DNA of 64,000 nucleotides from Octopus sinensis (lineage: Eukaryota): NCBI RefSeq assembly GCF_006345805.1, contig NC_043014.1, forward strand, positions 5,890,001 to 5,954,000, given 5' to 3'. Within the stretch, counting starts at the first letter, position 1; every line of letters begins with the position of its first letter. The position numbers and the translations under genes were made by a program. Below the pieces are notes generated by a model, which searched no databases, was not told where the DNA came from, and saw nothing but the letters and a program-made list of their open reading frames with translations. Positions 51,330 through 64,000 of the stretch are shown here, in pieces.

Positions 51330-51845
51330 CATACAAAATGGGACAAGAACGCAAAACATCCGCACAACTAGGTGATACAAATAGGGACAACAAAACATCC
51401 AGATAGACGATACAAAAAACACGGACGGGTCATTGGAAGCCTTTAATCATCAGTCAAGAACCGGATCATCCTCGCAATTTCGGCTGATTAATCTTGAGAT
51501 TGCTCCAATCTGGCCAGCGCCAAGGAAAAACTAAGCTAAAAACATTCGATTCCTGGTTAAAAGAGGCATCGAATGTATACGAAACTAGGACGGAAAAACG
51601 GACGATGTTACACAAATATAAATACAAAAAAACAATTGAAATTATAATAATAACAGGACATAACAACAGGCGCCTTTCGACTGGAGACGAATTGAATTCA
51701 GCTGGCGTGTTGGGAGTTAAGCCTTACGGCAGAGGGAACGATATCAGTGTGGCAGTGACTGTGGTCAAAATAAAGGGTTTGCAGTCGGTCACGTGAGAAG
51801 AAAAGAGAGAGAAAAAGAGGAACAAAGAAATTAAATATAAATATA

Positions 51846-51883
<38 letters not shown>

Positions 51884-53406
51884 CATATACAGATACACAC
51901 ACGCACATATACATATATTCATACATTTCTATAGACATATGCATATACATCTGTATATCTCTATATATAAACGGCAGTTTGTCTGTCTGTGTGTCTGTGT
52001 GTCTGTCAGGTTGTACCCTCACCCTGACCACGGCTTTCAACCGATTCTGATGAAACTTGACACACACATAGCCCAATGTCATAATTCAAAACTAACGCAG
52101 CGAAAATTTTGAAAAGTTCCCCCAGTTCTGAAAACATCGATAAATTCGACATGGGGTCGAGAATCTAAGCTTTTTATATGCAACACATTTTCTGGGCTGT
52201 ACGTGGGCCGTTCACGTGTTGGGAGGTGCAATGATGTTTTCATGTTTTCGCCCAATCATCATCATCATTGTTCGACCGTGGTCGAGACTTTCATAGTCTT
52301 TTCAAATGGCTAATAATGTGTGCGCGCGCCACTACTACACACATTGGAAAGCATTGTACAACCAAGTACTAAAGAAGAGCTTTCCTCCTCCATGAAACAA
52401 AGCTGTTCCCGCTGGACGTCAACCCAGTATTTCTAAGCTAAGGACCGAGTGATTTATTGTAAGGTTATCTCCCCAGATAGATTGCCTTCACTACAGCTAA
52501 GGAGCCCTTTCTACCCCAGAAAGGGACAGCTAGGAACATCGTATACACAGTATTCGAGTGAAGAGAATACATTGCAACCTACACATGCGCCTTCGTTCCC
52601 TAGAGGGAAAGGACTAGATTGGGATTAGTCGTTGCCTACTAGGGGCTCTTACATACCCGGGCAACGTCGGGCTATGCTGCTAGTATATATATATATATAT
52701 ATATATATATGTGCGTGTGTGTGTTTGCGCGCGTGTGTATGTGTGTATGTGTGTGTTTGAGAGTATTCTTAAGGAATATAATAAACCTGACTCGTTATAA
52801 AGTCGTAGATAAGTTTTTTACGAAATTTGTCTATTTCACCTGTTAACTACAGGAAAATTGTATCTCCCTCTCTGTTGATTATCCGGACTGTAAGATTTGT
52901 TTCATCCCCTAGTTCGGAGGAGAAAACCCGTCTTCATTCACATTTTTTAACGTTAAGACTTTAATCTCGAGTTTTGAGCCTTTCCTCACGTCCGCCACGT
53001 AGAAAGATTAAAATTTCTTTTGTCTTTGTACACAATCTGTCGAACTGTCCAAAGGGCTTTGGCTTCGTAGATGAGAAATTTTACTCAACTCCACGCCCAA
53101 AATATATATTTTTGTTGTAATATAGACATATATATATACATATACAATAATATTTTACTAAATAGTAGTAAAAATGTCACCTAAACTGTTACTCAGAGTT
53201 TTCCGTTCCCGTTCGTCGGAAGATTTGTTTAGAATTGACTCTAATTGATTCTAAACAAAACTGTCCGACGAACGGAACCGTGAAACTCCGAGTAACGATT
53301 TTTTTTGTGATATTTTTGCTGCTTTTTAAAGAAGCAAATTTCTCTAAATCTGGTATTGGAGTACTATTCTTTCCACCTTGTTTCGCATTTCTGTACTTAC
53401 TCTGGT

Positions 53407-53459
<53 letters not shown>

Positions 53460-53916
53460 CATATATATGTATCTATACATAATTATAGTTATATTCACAA
53501 GATATGTAAACTACAAATATCACAAATATATGCATATGTATTATCTACATATATGCATACACACACACCCCTATATGAGTGGATATATACTGTTTAGTGT
53601 GTTTGTGTGTGTGTGTGAGTGAGTGTATGTGTGTATGTGTGTGTGCATGTACATATGTATGTGTGTGGGTATGTACGTCTACATATAACTATGCATGCAT
53701 TCCTTTTGTGTGCGCGCGTGTGTGTGTACGTCTATATATGATACAGAACGTAGCAGGTTGCAGCGAGAGAGTGTGGCCATGCTGGAGCAGAAATTTTAGT
53801 GCTATTCTCTCATTACGCACTTATGTCCCGCTCCAGGAATATCCGTGTTGAAACTGCGATCGGAAAGCAGTGCAATTCCTCTTTTCTTTGTGTTCCCTAG
53901 GGATACACTCTGCAGA

Positions 53917-53953
<37 letters not shown>

Positions 53954-53956
53954 CTG

Positions 53957-54002
<46 letters not shown>

Positions 54003-54489
54003 GTTAATCCAAACAAGAAAACACAGAAAAAAAGAGTAAAAACACAGCAACGCAGGACGTGGAACAATTAAAGTATTATTGACGCTCAGGAAAGAAGGGA
54101 AGGAGGGTTTAACGTTTCGAGCGGAGCTCTTCGTCGGAAACAAGGAGAAGGAAAGATCCCAAGGAGGGAAGACAGAGGAGACAATATTTGAGCTGGTGGT
54201 GCTCAAGAGATCACATGTTGAAAAGAACAGAATTTGGAGGTAGTTGAAAAATGGTTTTATAATGCAAGAGAGTTCCAAAAAAAGGGAATGCCTGTGTGTG
54301 TGTGTGTGCAAGATGACAAGTGTGTTTGTGCGTGCGTGTGTGTGTGTGTGTGTGTGTGTGTATTTTTTGATGAATAAAGTTAATAACAAAGCCAGCTGTG
54401 GTGATGACTGCTAGCTGTTTGTGTCAAGCTAGGTCAAAGCCAGGTCAAAAAACAAAGGGCTATATGTATCATAGTGTATGTGTTGTTTG

Positions 54490-54525
<36 letters not shown>

Positions 54526-55051
54526 ATGTGTGTGTTCGTGTGTGTATGCGTAGAGTGTGGGTGTGTGGCGTAACCTAGTACGTGTGTGCTTGTACGTGCG
54601 TGTGTATGTGTAGGGATGTATATGTGGGTTTATTTGTGTGAGAGTGTATGTATGTACGCGTATGTGTGTGCGTGTATGTGTGCGTTTGTATGTGTTTGTG
54701 TGTATGTGTGCGTGCGCGGATAGGTGTATATTGTGTATGTATATCTGTCGGTGTATATGTGAGTTTGTGTGTGTTTGTACGCGTGTATGTGTGTGTGAGT
54801 GTATAGTATATATATATGTAAATGTGTGTGTGTGTGCGCGTGTGTGTACGTGCGTGCGAGTGAATGTATGTATATATGTGAGCGTGTGTGTACAATGTAG
54901 GGGCTTATATGTGTGTTTATATGTGTGTGTGTATGTATGTGTGTATGTGTGTGTATGTGTATGTATGTATGTATATGTATGCGTGTGTGTATTTATGTAT
55001 GTGTGTATGTGTGTGTGTATGTGTGTATGCATGCGTGTGTGTATGTATGTA

Positions 55052-55084
<33 letters not shown>

Positions 55085-56142
55085 GTATGTATGTGTGTGC
55101 GTATGTATGTATGTACGTACGTATGTATGTATGTGTGTGTGTATGTATGTATGTATGTATGTACGTATGTGTGTATGTATGTATTTTTTCATGCGTGTAT
55201 GTGTGTATATGCGTGTGTGTACATATGTATGTTTATGTATGTGTGTGTATGTATGTATTTATGTATGTAGTGTATGTATGTGTGTGTGTATGTATGTATG
55301 TGTGCATGCGTGTATGTGTGCATGTGTGTGTGTATGTATGTATGTATATATATGTGTGTATGTATGTATATGTGTGTGTGTATGTGCGTATGTATGTATG
55401 TGTGTGTATGTGTGTGTATGTGTGTGTATGTATGTATGTATGTATGTGTATGTGTGTAAGTTTGTGTGTATATATGTATGTATGTACGTGTGTGTGTATA
55501 TGTATGTGTGTGTATGTATGTATGTGTGCGTGCGTGTGTGTGTATGTGTGTGTATGTGTGTGTGTATGTATGTATATGTATGTTTGTGTATGTATGTATC
55601 TATGTATGTATGTGTGTTTGTATGTGTGTGTATGTATGTATGTGTGCGTGCGTGTGTGTGTATGCGTGTGTGTATGTGTGTGTGTATGTGTATGTGTGTG
55701 TGTGTATGTGTGTGTGTAAGTGTGTATGTGTGTGTATGTAAGTGTGTGTGTATGTAAGTGTGTGTGTATGTAAGTGTGTCTGTATGTATTTATGGACGGG
55801 TGTATGTGTGTAAGTGTGTGTGTGTATGTGTATGTGTATGTATGTATGTATGTATGTATGTATGTATGTATGTATATGTACGCGTGTGTGTATGTATGTA
55901 TGTGTGTATAGTGTGTGTGTGTGTGTGTGTGTGTGTATAAAAAGTTAATCCAAACAAGAAAGCACAAAAAATCACAACAACGCGAGGACGAGGAACAAAT
56001 ATAGTATTATTGGACGCTCAGGAAAGAAGGAAAGAAGGATATATTAACGTTTCGAGCGGAGCTCGTCGTCTGAAACTTAGATAAAGGAAAGATCCAGAGA
56101 GGGGAAGACAAAGGGAAAACATCCTCAACGGTACACACGCGG

Positions 56143-56178
<36 letters not shown>

Positions 56179-56263
56179 ACCTATCTACGTACCTTTCTAT
56201 CTGTCTATCTATAGGCACTCAAAATCAACCATCCATCCATCCGTACATACATACATACAAACA

Positions 56264-56297
<34 letters not shown>

Positions 56298-56304
56298 CTT
56301 ATGC

Positions 56305-56341
<37 letters not shown>

Positions 56342-56759
56342 CAAAAATAGGTGTGTGTGTGTGTGTATGAGTGTAACTGCGTGTGTGAGTGTGTGTGTGT
56401 GTTTAAATATATATATATATATATATAAGTGTATGTATATGCATATACATCCCTATCTACCTGTGAATGCGCGTGCATATGCATACACTCGGGCGCACAA
56501 ACACACAAACAAGGACCCCTCACACACACACGCTGATATGTTTCCTGCATTTACACTCGAAATATAGCAAGGCCTACGCTTACACATTCCCCTAAAAACA
56601 AAATTCATTACTTACTGCTTGTGATTTCTCTTCCATTTTTCCAATTCTTGAATCTTGGCGAAGATTCGTTATGGTGAGAACGAGTAGAAACCCAAAAGTT
56701 ATGAGGGAAGAAATGGAAAAACGCTGCGAAATATTCCGAGACAGCTGCGCCAAATCCAT
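45627..56759 (-). CDS. Paralog B, intact short-chain collagen C4-like (spongin short-chain collagen/NC1-related) protein, 254 aa; exons 56759-56616, 50506-50461, 47923-47849, 46126-45627
   Basis: 144+46+75+500 = 765 nt, open end to end, all GT-AG introns, phases 0/1/1. Motifs [44 protein letters not shown] and [19 protein letters not shown] match the family as I recall it. Confidence 0.9.
47849..47923 (-). CDS. Copy B exon 3 ([26 protein letters not shown])
   Basis: ttttaatttcacag acceptor, 75 nt, GTTAGT donor. Confidence 0.9.
48320..50050 (+). mobile_element. RTE-clade LINE remnant, copy in B intron 2
   Basis: Collinear with 29700-31450. Confidence 0.8.
50461..50506 (-). CDS. Copy B exon 2 ([15 protein letters not shown])
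   Basis: ttctttcacag acceptor, 46 nt, GTAAGA donor. The phases bridge exons 1 and 3. Confidence 0.88.
51958..52683 (+). mobile_element. Non-autonomous Helitron, B-specific insertion
   Basis: 5' TC, 3' hairpin cccgggcaacgtcggg then CTAG, inserted between A (51957) and T (52684). The empty site is visible in copy A at about 34015. Confidence 0.85.
53188..53296. repeat. Imperfect ~110-nt hairpin (homolog of 34513-34621)
   Basis: Direct reading of the inverted arms. Confidence 0.8.
53257..53302 (+). ncRNA. Type-I hammerhead motif (U4C variant)
   Basis: AAAACUGU-CCGACGA-ACG(gaac)CGU-GAA-ACU(ccg)AGU-A-ACGAUUUU. Confidence 0.6.
54107..54141 (-). ncRNA. Ultra-minimal hammerhead-like motif lacking stem III (ACGU palindrome)
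   Basis: GUUU-CCGACGA-A-GAG(cuccg)CUC-GAA-ACGU-U-AAAC. Confidence 0.5.
54470..55940. repeat. ~1.5-kb degenerate (GT)n/(TATG)n tract
   Basis: Direct reading; absent from copy A. Confidence 0.95.
56616..56759 (-). CDS. Copy B exon 1 (48 aa, hydrophobic signal or anchor [18 protein letters not shown])
   Basis: ATG at 56759, donor GTAAGT at 56615. Confidence 0.88.
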
Positions 56760-56907
56760 TATGGTGATAGTTTTCGTTGGTACGTGATATTGCGCTTTCG
56801 TTCAACAATTCATCGAATATGAGATCCAAACAGAAGGTCTCAACCTATTTATTTGCCGAGCACAGAATCACTCGGCTCTGCCGTCAATCGTATCATAAAT
56901 CTATGAA

Positions 56908-56969
56908 CCAATGAGACTGTTAGAACTGAATATGTGGGTGTGAACTTATTTGACTGGTGTAATTATTGG
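56908..56969 (-). promoter_or_regulatory. Conserved upstream motif trio of copy B (ccaat / tgtgggtgt / attgg); A homolog at 36408-36469
   Basis: Same order and near-identical spacing as in the diverged copy D. Confidence 0.45.
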
Positions 56970-57723
56970 ATAGAAATGGCTTGCTGACGTGGCACGTTAC
57001 TTGCGAAAATATTTTCATGACATTGGCATAAACTTGTAAAATGAGACCAAGGTTTCAGTTTAAAGGCGGATTATGATTTATTTCCGAATGGTTTTATTAT
57101 TTGCTTTTTGTGGAAACCTGTCGACGAAGCAGTTTTGATATTCAGTGAGGGAACTACTTTGTGTACGAAATATAACTTATTGCCGTCCACTGTTATTCGA
57201 AGTTTGATCCTAACATCTTCAGAATAAAATTTCATTCCAGATAATAAATTTACTTACTGTTTATTAACAGTGTGTGTTTGTTCGTGTGTGTGTGCGTGCG
57301 TGTATGTATGTGTGTGTATGTGTGTATGTGTCTGTGTATGTGTGTCACACACACACACATACATACACACATACACACATACACACACATACATGCACGC
57401 ACATATACGTATTCCTATGTGTGCGTGTGTGTGTGTTTGTATGTGTCTGTTTCTGTGCGTGTGTGTAAGTGTACATCTAGATATAATACTTAACACTAAT
57501 ATTAATAGGGCTAAACGTTGCAGCGACAGGGCATGGCCATGCTAGAACCCCACCATTAGATTTTTTTCATTAAGCACTTATTTCCCTCTCCAGGATTATG
57601 TCTGGTGAAGGATTATGTCTGGTGAAAGAGCGATCGGACAATTTCACTCTTCTTTGTGTTTCCTTGGGATGTGTGTATATGTATATATACATATATATAC
57701 CTATATATACATATGTATATATA

Positions 57724-57830
<107 letters not shown>

Positions 57831-59857
57831 TAATAAGGATTTTTGGCAACAAGTTGCTTAAACCACATGCCGAAAATATTAGAAATAGCAGTCAAAGGCC
57901 TACCATTTCTATTACAACAATGTAATTTCTATTACACACACTGACATACACACACACACACATTGACACACACATACACACACTGACATACACACACACA
58001 GACACTTACACACACACTGACACACACACAGTGACACTCACACTAACACACACACACAAACACACACACACTGACACACACGCACACACTGACACACACA
58101 CACAAACACGCACACACACACTGACACACACACAAACTGACAAACGCACACTGACACATACACACACACACACACAAATATGCCGAAAAATGCGGGCACA
58201 TACGAGCGACCGCAGTTCCTGTTGGGGCACAAGGTTGAAGTCAACTCCTCTAGCGAAGTATTTATCAAAGAGAAATACCGAAGGGAGGTAACTCACGACA
58301 GACTCCAGCCTGGCGCTTTAATGGCGTCACTTACTCGTTGTTGTTGACTATGTTTAAGTTAAAGCTATGGCTTTAAGTTTGTCCAGATATTCCCCTCTTC
58401 GGTATTTTCTTTTGATAACGGCTGAACTGGAACCCGATAGGGAGCAGCACTGGACTGATATGCTGTTTTTGCAGCTTTTTGCACTGAATTTGCCTTTAGA
58501 GTTTGAAATATGCCATTAGCACATTTTAACGAACCTAAAAATTGCTTATGCCTAATACTGAGCGCTAATACTGTTCACTGGAAACGCCATGTTGAATGTT
58601 TCCATATATTCATTTGTCAATTTGCATTTCGTGCTTTCATATTACTTAATTATTATTCTTTTTCTCTAGCTTTTTCACAATCGAGCATTCTTATGGCACG
58701 CAATTAATCGGACAAAAAACGTGCTGCCACCCACAGATCCCTCTTTCCACGGATACCTTCGTTTATCTGGCAGCCATTCTACAAACTCACACATACAAGG
58801 AGCAATCATGCTGGGTAGAGTGTGAAAGACTCAACATGTTGCACTGATTCCACCTAATGTATATTTTATAAGTCGTCTTCCTTTCCTTACTAAGTCGTTT
58901 ATGTGTGTTACAGTTATTGTATGCATGTATCTCGAAGCAAGTTCCTCTTCTGCGAGTTTGATAGTTTTATGTTACAGACGGAGATAATTTGTTGAACTCG
59001 ATGTTTTGTGGTGTTGCTGTAGATTCGGTTGATGCTGTTCCTGAAGTGTACTCATATTTCTTGGTGGTTTCATATTTTATTTTGGCACATCAGTGTTCAG
59101 GGAACGATGAGAGGCTGCGTGTGTAATGTGATGCGAGGCTGTGTGTGTGTGATTTTTGTAGAAAAGCGGGAATATGTGAATGTAGGTTGAAAATAGTTAA
59201 TCGTGGGACGTGTACTTGTACCCTTGTCGAAAGTGTTTCGTGAAAACTTCAATGTGTTAGTAACCTGTCAGGTAGTTAGGTAGTCAACATTTTGTAGTAT
59301 TTCTTCAGTGGATATCAAATATCCTTTATTAGATAATATCCGCGATTGGATTGCAGAGGTTTCATCGCATCGATTGTAGTTACAATGATACGTATGGGAG
59401 TATTTTTTTTATTAACCCATCATGATTTAGTGATGTTAGTTATAAGCTTTTATCGTGTTTTCTGAAGATTGATCATGAAAGGGGGATTTATTTGTACGGA
59501 GGTGTTTCATTTGGGGATTGTTTTCATTTTAAGACGGAATACAACACACATTTAAACGAATCATCATTTTATTTCAACTTTTAAATTTGATAAACTGAAC
59601 CACATACAATGCATTCTAGAATCATTGCCTGAGGATTACATCCTTCTGTTAAGCTATTTGTCACATTCTATGATGTCTCTGTTGTTTGGTTTAGAATACT
59701 TTCTGAAAACTTGTAGCAGCAATTTATTTAACGACATATATTAGTTGGATAGAATATTGCAAAACACAATTAAAAGAAACGTATATGTTGCTTTATTATA
59801 TTATCTTTTAGGATTCGCCGACATAAATTTTCATATGGAACTGAATTTAATTTCTAT

Positions 59858-60570
59858 TCAATATTTACTGCACACAACGCAGGTTAATTCTCGACCATTG
59901 ACATACGGTGGACATGGCAATGAACCACAAGCAGCCTGAACGAAATACAGTAGAGCTCCTTCTTCATTTCTGTAACCTGCTGGATCAGCTTCTGGTGCAT
60001 AGTCCACACACACATATTCAAGTCTCCCCTTTGCTATGTAATGACTAGCCATCATATATCCTGAATACTCAGCTGTCCAACCAGGGTAACACTTTGTCCT
60101 GGCTGGTAACATCATAACAACAGCAGGTTGTCGTGTCAAACAGACAGCGCACGGAACGTTGTGATCATGAATTGATTCAGCGTTAGCAAAAGAGAAGAGT
60201 TTATTTGTAGGGTAAAAATATAGATCATATTCACTGCCATAAATGTAACCACTGCTTTCATGTTCTGTCGTATAATTGGCCCAAATGGGGTCGTTGGGTA
60301 GACATAAGAGATTACTTCCGCCACCTGTATGGTTATACAATTGTCCACCAACAACACCTAGAATTGGTAAGAAGAAATCAAGTAAAAATATATTAAGCAA
60401 AATTATATATGAAATAACGGAAACATTCATTACAATTTGACCCTTAAAAGAAGTCATGTTTACTCGCGTGTGAACGAATTGTGGTGTATATATGTTAGTG
60501 TTTATGTAAGTGTAAGCTGTGTTTTGAGGTATGCATGAGATCGTAGCTGTGCATTTGCCTTCGCATCATA

Positions 60571-60654
<84 letters not shown>

Positions 60655-62210
60655 ATACATATCGTAATAAGCAACTAGGATATCCAGATAATGCGGTACG
60701 ATTGTTTCATACAACTCCATATATATATATGTTTTGTGTATACGGGTAAGTAATTGTGGTTACGACGTGGATTATTATGTATGTTTGCATGGGGTGGATG
60801 TCAATAGATGGAGAAAAAGAAAGATATTTTATAACGCAGGCACTCGTGTTTATCCGAAATGAAAAAGATGTTTACGTGTGAACGGGGATATTTTGGATGG
60901 TGGAAATTGTTGGTGGTTTGATTAGGACAATACGGGAGATGACGAGATGCAGAGAAGTGGTGGGTAACCGTCGATGAAATGTTGTTTAGTCGATCATACG
61001 AGAGTCAGTGGCTAAACCTCTCGTTTAGACTCGGACGAATCAGGCTTACATAGACGTTATGATCACACAGACTTTTTTTCATGCAATACACAGAAACGAG
61101 GTGGGAGGAAAAATCGTGAGGTTCAGTGATGGCGTAGTGCTTAGGATGAATGTACGGCGGAGTGGGCGACCGATAAAGGATATGTGTAGGTTTTATAGAG
61201 AGCGAATTCGGAGCATTTTAAAGCATTTTAAAGGAATGGCGAAGCGGTTTGTGGCAGCAGTTTTGAATTGGAAGTTTCGGAATTACCTTACAAAGATATA
61301 CTGGATAATTAATGAGGTGATGTGGTGCATGAAAAGAGCAAGGTTTTAGCGATAGGACGATTTCGGTGAAGCGGAGAAGAATAGAAGTGCATTCTGTACT
61401 CTGTTGTGTTCTCTCACTAATATTTAGTCTCTCTCTATTTTACTTAATGAATACAGTCCTTAGCTTTTTCCATCAGTTACAGTGTGTGGCTTGTCCAGTC
61501 CTCATTGTACATTGTACGTTCATTTCATTCATAATTTACAGTCACTGTCATCAATTCTAAAAGACTCTTTTCAATTTAGCCCACACCTACGATCACTGGG
61601 CACTCTAGTTAATGATAGTCACGTGGCCACTTTTCAGCTCTGGTCACTCACGTACAATACCACAATCCGTAGCCTGTACAATTGATCACCAGTTAGCAGC
61701 CTCGGTATTTGATATCTACAATCCAAAGCTGGTCAGCCTGAAATTCTTGATCGCCATGGTGGTTTTCAGTCCAGCCCCTGTCTGTAATTTAACGTAGAGA
61801 TATCTATATTCTGTGGTTAGGCAACATTCTTTTCATTTGGTCCGTAGTAGACAACATATAATATTCTGATTTGACCAAATACCTACAAAGGAGTAAGCAA
61901 TCTTGTGTAGTGTCTGTATAGACTACAGGTATAGACGTTTGAAACGTGACATATCATAATAGGATTTGAGAATGTTTATGTCAGACAACCCGACAAATGT
62001 TGAGTGTGTGCATGTGCGTGAGAGAGAGGGTGAGAGAGAAAGAAAGGCAATAAAAAGAGAGAATGAGAGTTATTAAAAGAGAACAAGAGAAAGACAAAAA
62101 GAGAATGAGAGGTCAGAAATATAAAGTATACTAACCGTCATATACAAGGTTTGAATAAGGAGGACAAGTTGTTCTGCCCCATCGGGTATACAATGATCCG
62201 AGACCGGGTT
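59858..62210 (-). CDS. Paralog C, 3' part (exons 62210-62136 and 60357-59858), open reading frame; exons 1-2 expected right of the window
   Basis: [25 protein letters not shown]|[25 protein letters not shown]...CVVCSKY stop. Canonical splice sites and all 10 Cys present. Confidence 0.88.
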
Positions 62211-62589
62211 CTGCGAAATTAAAATGAAATAATGTAGTTTAAAAGAAAGAATTTGGGGATCATTTACAAAGTAGATTGTTCAATTGGAAGGAATTGATGG
62301 AGAAGAGAGAAATATAGAATTTAAGAAAGAACGAGTGAATGAATGAAAGTCAGAACGAAAGATGTAAATAATAAGAATAAATTGTAAAGAAAGAAAAAAG
62401 ACGTTTGTCTGTTGAGCCTGTTGGTGACGTTGATGTCAAAGATTTGAGAGATTAATCTCAGAATATCAGAATGTGTATCGGTCTCCGCTATGAACGGATG
62501 TATGTATGATGCGTAAACTTGGGTATGAGTATATATTCTTCTCAATAGAATAATGATAAAACTCAATAGAATAATGATAAAATATTCGC

Positions 62590-64000
62590 CAGGTGCGAAT
62601 ATTCATCGGTCAATTCCAAATATCAGTTTGGATCTCGGCGCAAATAAGGCCATCATAACTACAATATGAAAATAACAACCATACCGCATCATTTGTCGAT
62701 TTATTTAAAAGACCTCGCATCCGGATCTCGAGTAAAGGAGTCCGTTCGATAAATGTATAGCACAACACACCCAATACCGGTGCAACCAGCAAGAAGCCTG
62801 CAACTTAATCTGGGGTGCGTGGGGTGGGGGCACAAAATTGACGGTCTCAGGACACCAAAGCAGATCCAGAAGGGAACAATCTTTAATAATTGAGAATTAA
62901 AACATCAAAATTGTTAGATATAATCTGCCCGTAAGATATAATCGGTGTCTCCTCTACAAAATTTCGTTTCTCCGATAGCGTACACCTGGATATAGGCTTG
63001 AAACTCCACTACGCAACTGTGGTGCCAACAATGTCTGCACAGGTGGGATTAGGATACTCTCAATCCCCAGCTTTCGGATTGTATTATGGAGTGAAACCGA
63101 CTAGGTGTGAGGGTTCACCTCTTGAAGCTAAGGCTGAATATGAAGGACCACTGTGGCTGCTGTAAGTATACGCAGCAAACAGCGAGGTCAAATACAAATC
63201 CTTCCCAAGCAAATTCACCTCAGCTTTAGATATATTTGGGGTAAAGTCATTTGTCCTGCAAGGAGACTTCAGTGCACACCTTGGCACTGATAACCGTGAG
63301 AAGGATTGATTGGAAGGAATGTCGTCAGTGAACTTAATGGAGAGGTCATAGCAGCCTTCTGTGCAGGATACACACTCTCCTCTCTCTGGTATAGACATTA
63401 TTTTAAGACAGGGATATTTATAAGGGTGCCTGGTATAGAAATACTTGGTGACAGAGGTTTCTGATAGATTTCGGTCATCTTCCACTCTTTGCTGAACGTT
63501 CGGGTAAAAGGAGGGGTGGAGTTGTCAATTCGTCACTACCAAAATGTCTAAAAACCTGAAAATTCCTACAGTCTACCGAACACTGGAAATTGGTAAGTCC
63601 AGTGCGACCTACAGAATACAGTTGAAAGCCGAAGTTGATGCTGGGATCAGAAACGAAAATGTGGAGACTTTTGCATCCAATTTGAGAGTGACCCGCCTGA
63701 ATGAAGTTGGACATCGAAATGGATTCGTGATTGTATTATGTTTTTCGGCAGGTTCTTCTTCGTTTGAACGCTTATTTGAGCTAAATTCACTTAAAAATGA
63801 TAAAGCTGCTGGTGAAAAGCACGTTCGGCTTGATATTTTAGAAACCTTAAATACAGATGGTATTCTCTGAGTGACCCATGTACGCTAGGTGGATGGGACC
63901 TCTGGAAAAAACACCAAGGCAATGGTAATATGGGGTGACAATCACAACTTTTTCAAACAGAGACCAAAGAGTGTGTTCTAATTATAGAAAAGTCTACACT
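62590..64000 (+). mobile_element. RTE-clade LINE remnant in C intron 2, less deleted than in A and B
   Basis: [10 protein letters not shown]; LKNDKAAGEKHVRLDILETLNTDGIL; retains ~300 bp (about 63480-63800) missing in A and B. Confidence 0.82.

Noticed and set aside
26640-57600. Copies A and B as an uncollapsed-haplotype artefact
   Set aside because: Exon 4 and the 3' flanks are far too diverged, and each copy has its own insertions and intergenic spacer. A mis-join at the A breakpoint is still not excluded without reads.
58262-58418. Short inverted repeat (tatcaaagagaaataccgaag… / …cttcggtattttcttttgata)
   Set aside because: About 27-bp imperfect arms with no TSD or other support; too weak to call an element.
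60358-60457. N-terminal extension of ORF 59858-60457
   Set aside because: Intron 3 sequence upstream of the AG acceptor at 60358-60359.

Overview
AT-rich, microsatellite-dense animal DNA. The SINE and LINE content looks like an octopus or other cephalopod genome (inference; no taxonomy search was run). The backbone is a tandem array of at least four minus-strand paralogs of a four-coding-exon gene. It encodes a ~254-aa protein with an N-terminal hydrophobic anchor or signal, a short stalk, no Gly-X-Y helix, and a 10-Cys domain like spongin short-chain collagen ('short-chain collagen C4', related to collagen IV NC1). I rebuilt the exons by hand from GT/AG sites and phases; the ORF track misses most of them. 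Copy B (56759-45627) is intact. Copy A (36259-27208) is a pseudogene with a 2-bp frameshift and a TGA. Copy C (exons 3-4, 62210-59858) runs off the right edge, and copy D (exons 1-2, 18955-706) runs off the left edge. Intron 1 of D is ~18 kb because two diverged, near-full-length Tx1-type (L1-clade) LINEs sit head-to-tail in it, each bounded on both sides by (GATA)n tracts, which suggests microsatellite targeting. At least seven unrelated short repeats contain type-I hammerhead ribozyme folds, several inside long inverted repeats resembling Penelope-like element remnants. The rest is a patchwork of tRNA-derived SINEs, RTE, R4/Dong, Tc1, hAT and Helitron remnants, a MITE and simple repeats. I found no rRNA, genuine tRNA or CRISPR array. 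Identity statements are by-eye estimates; RNA folds were paired by hand.
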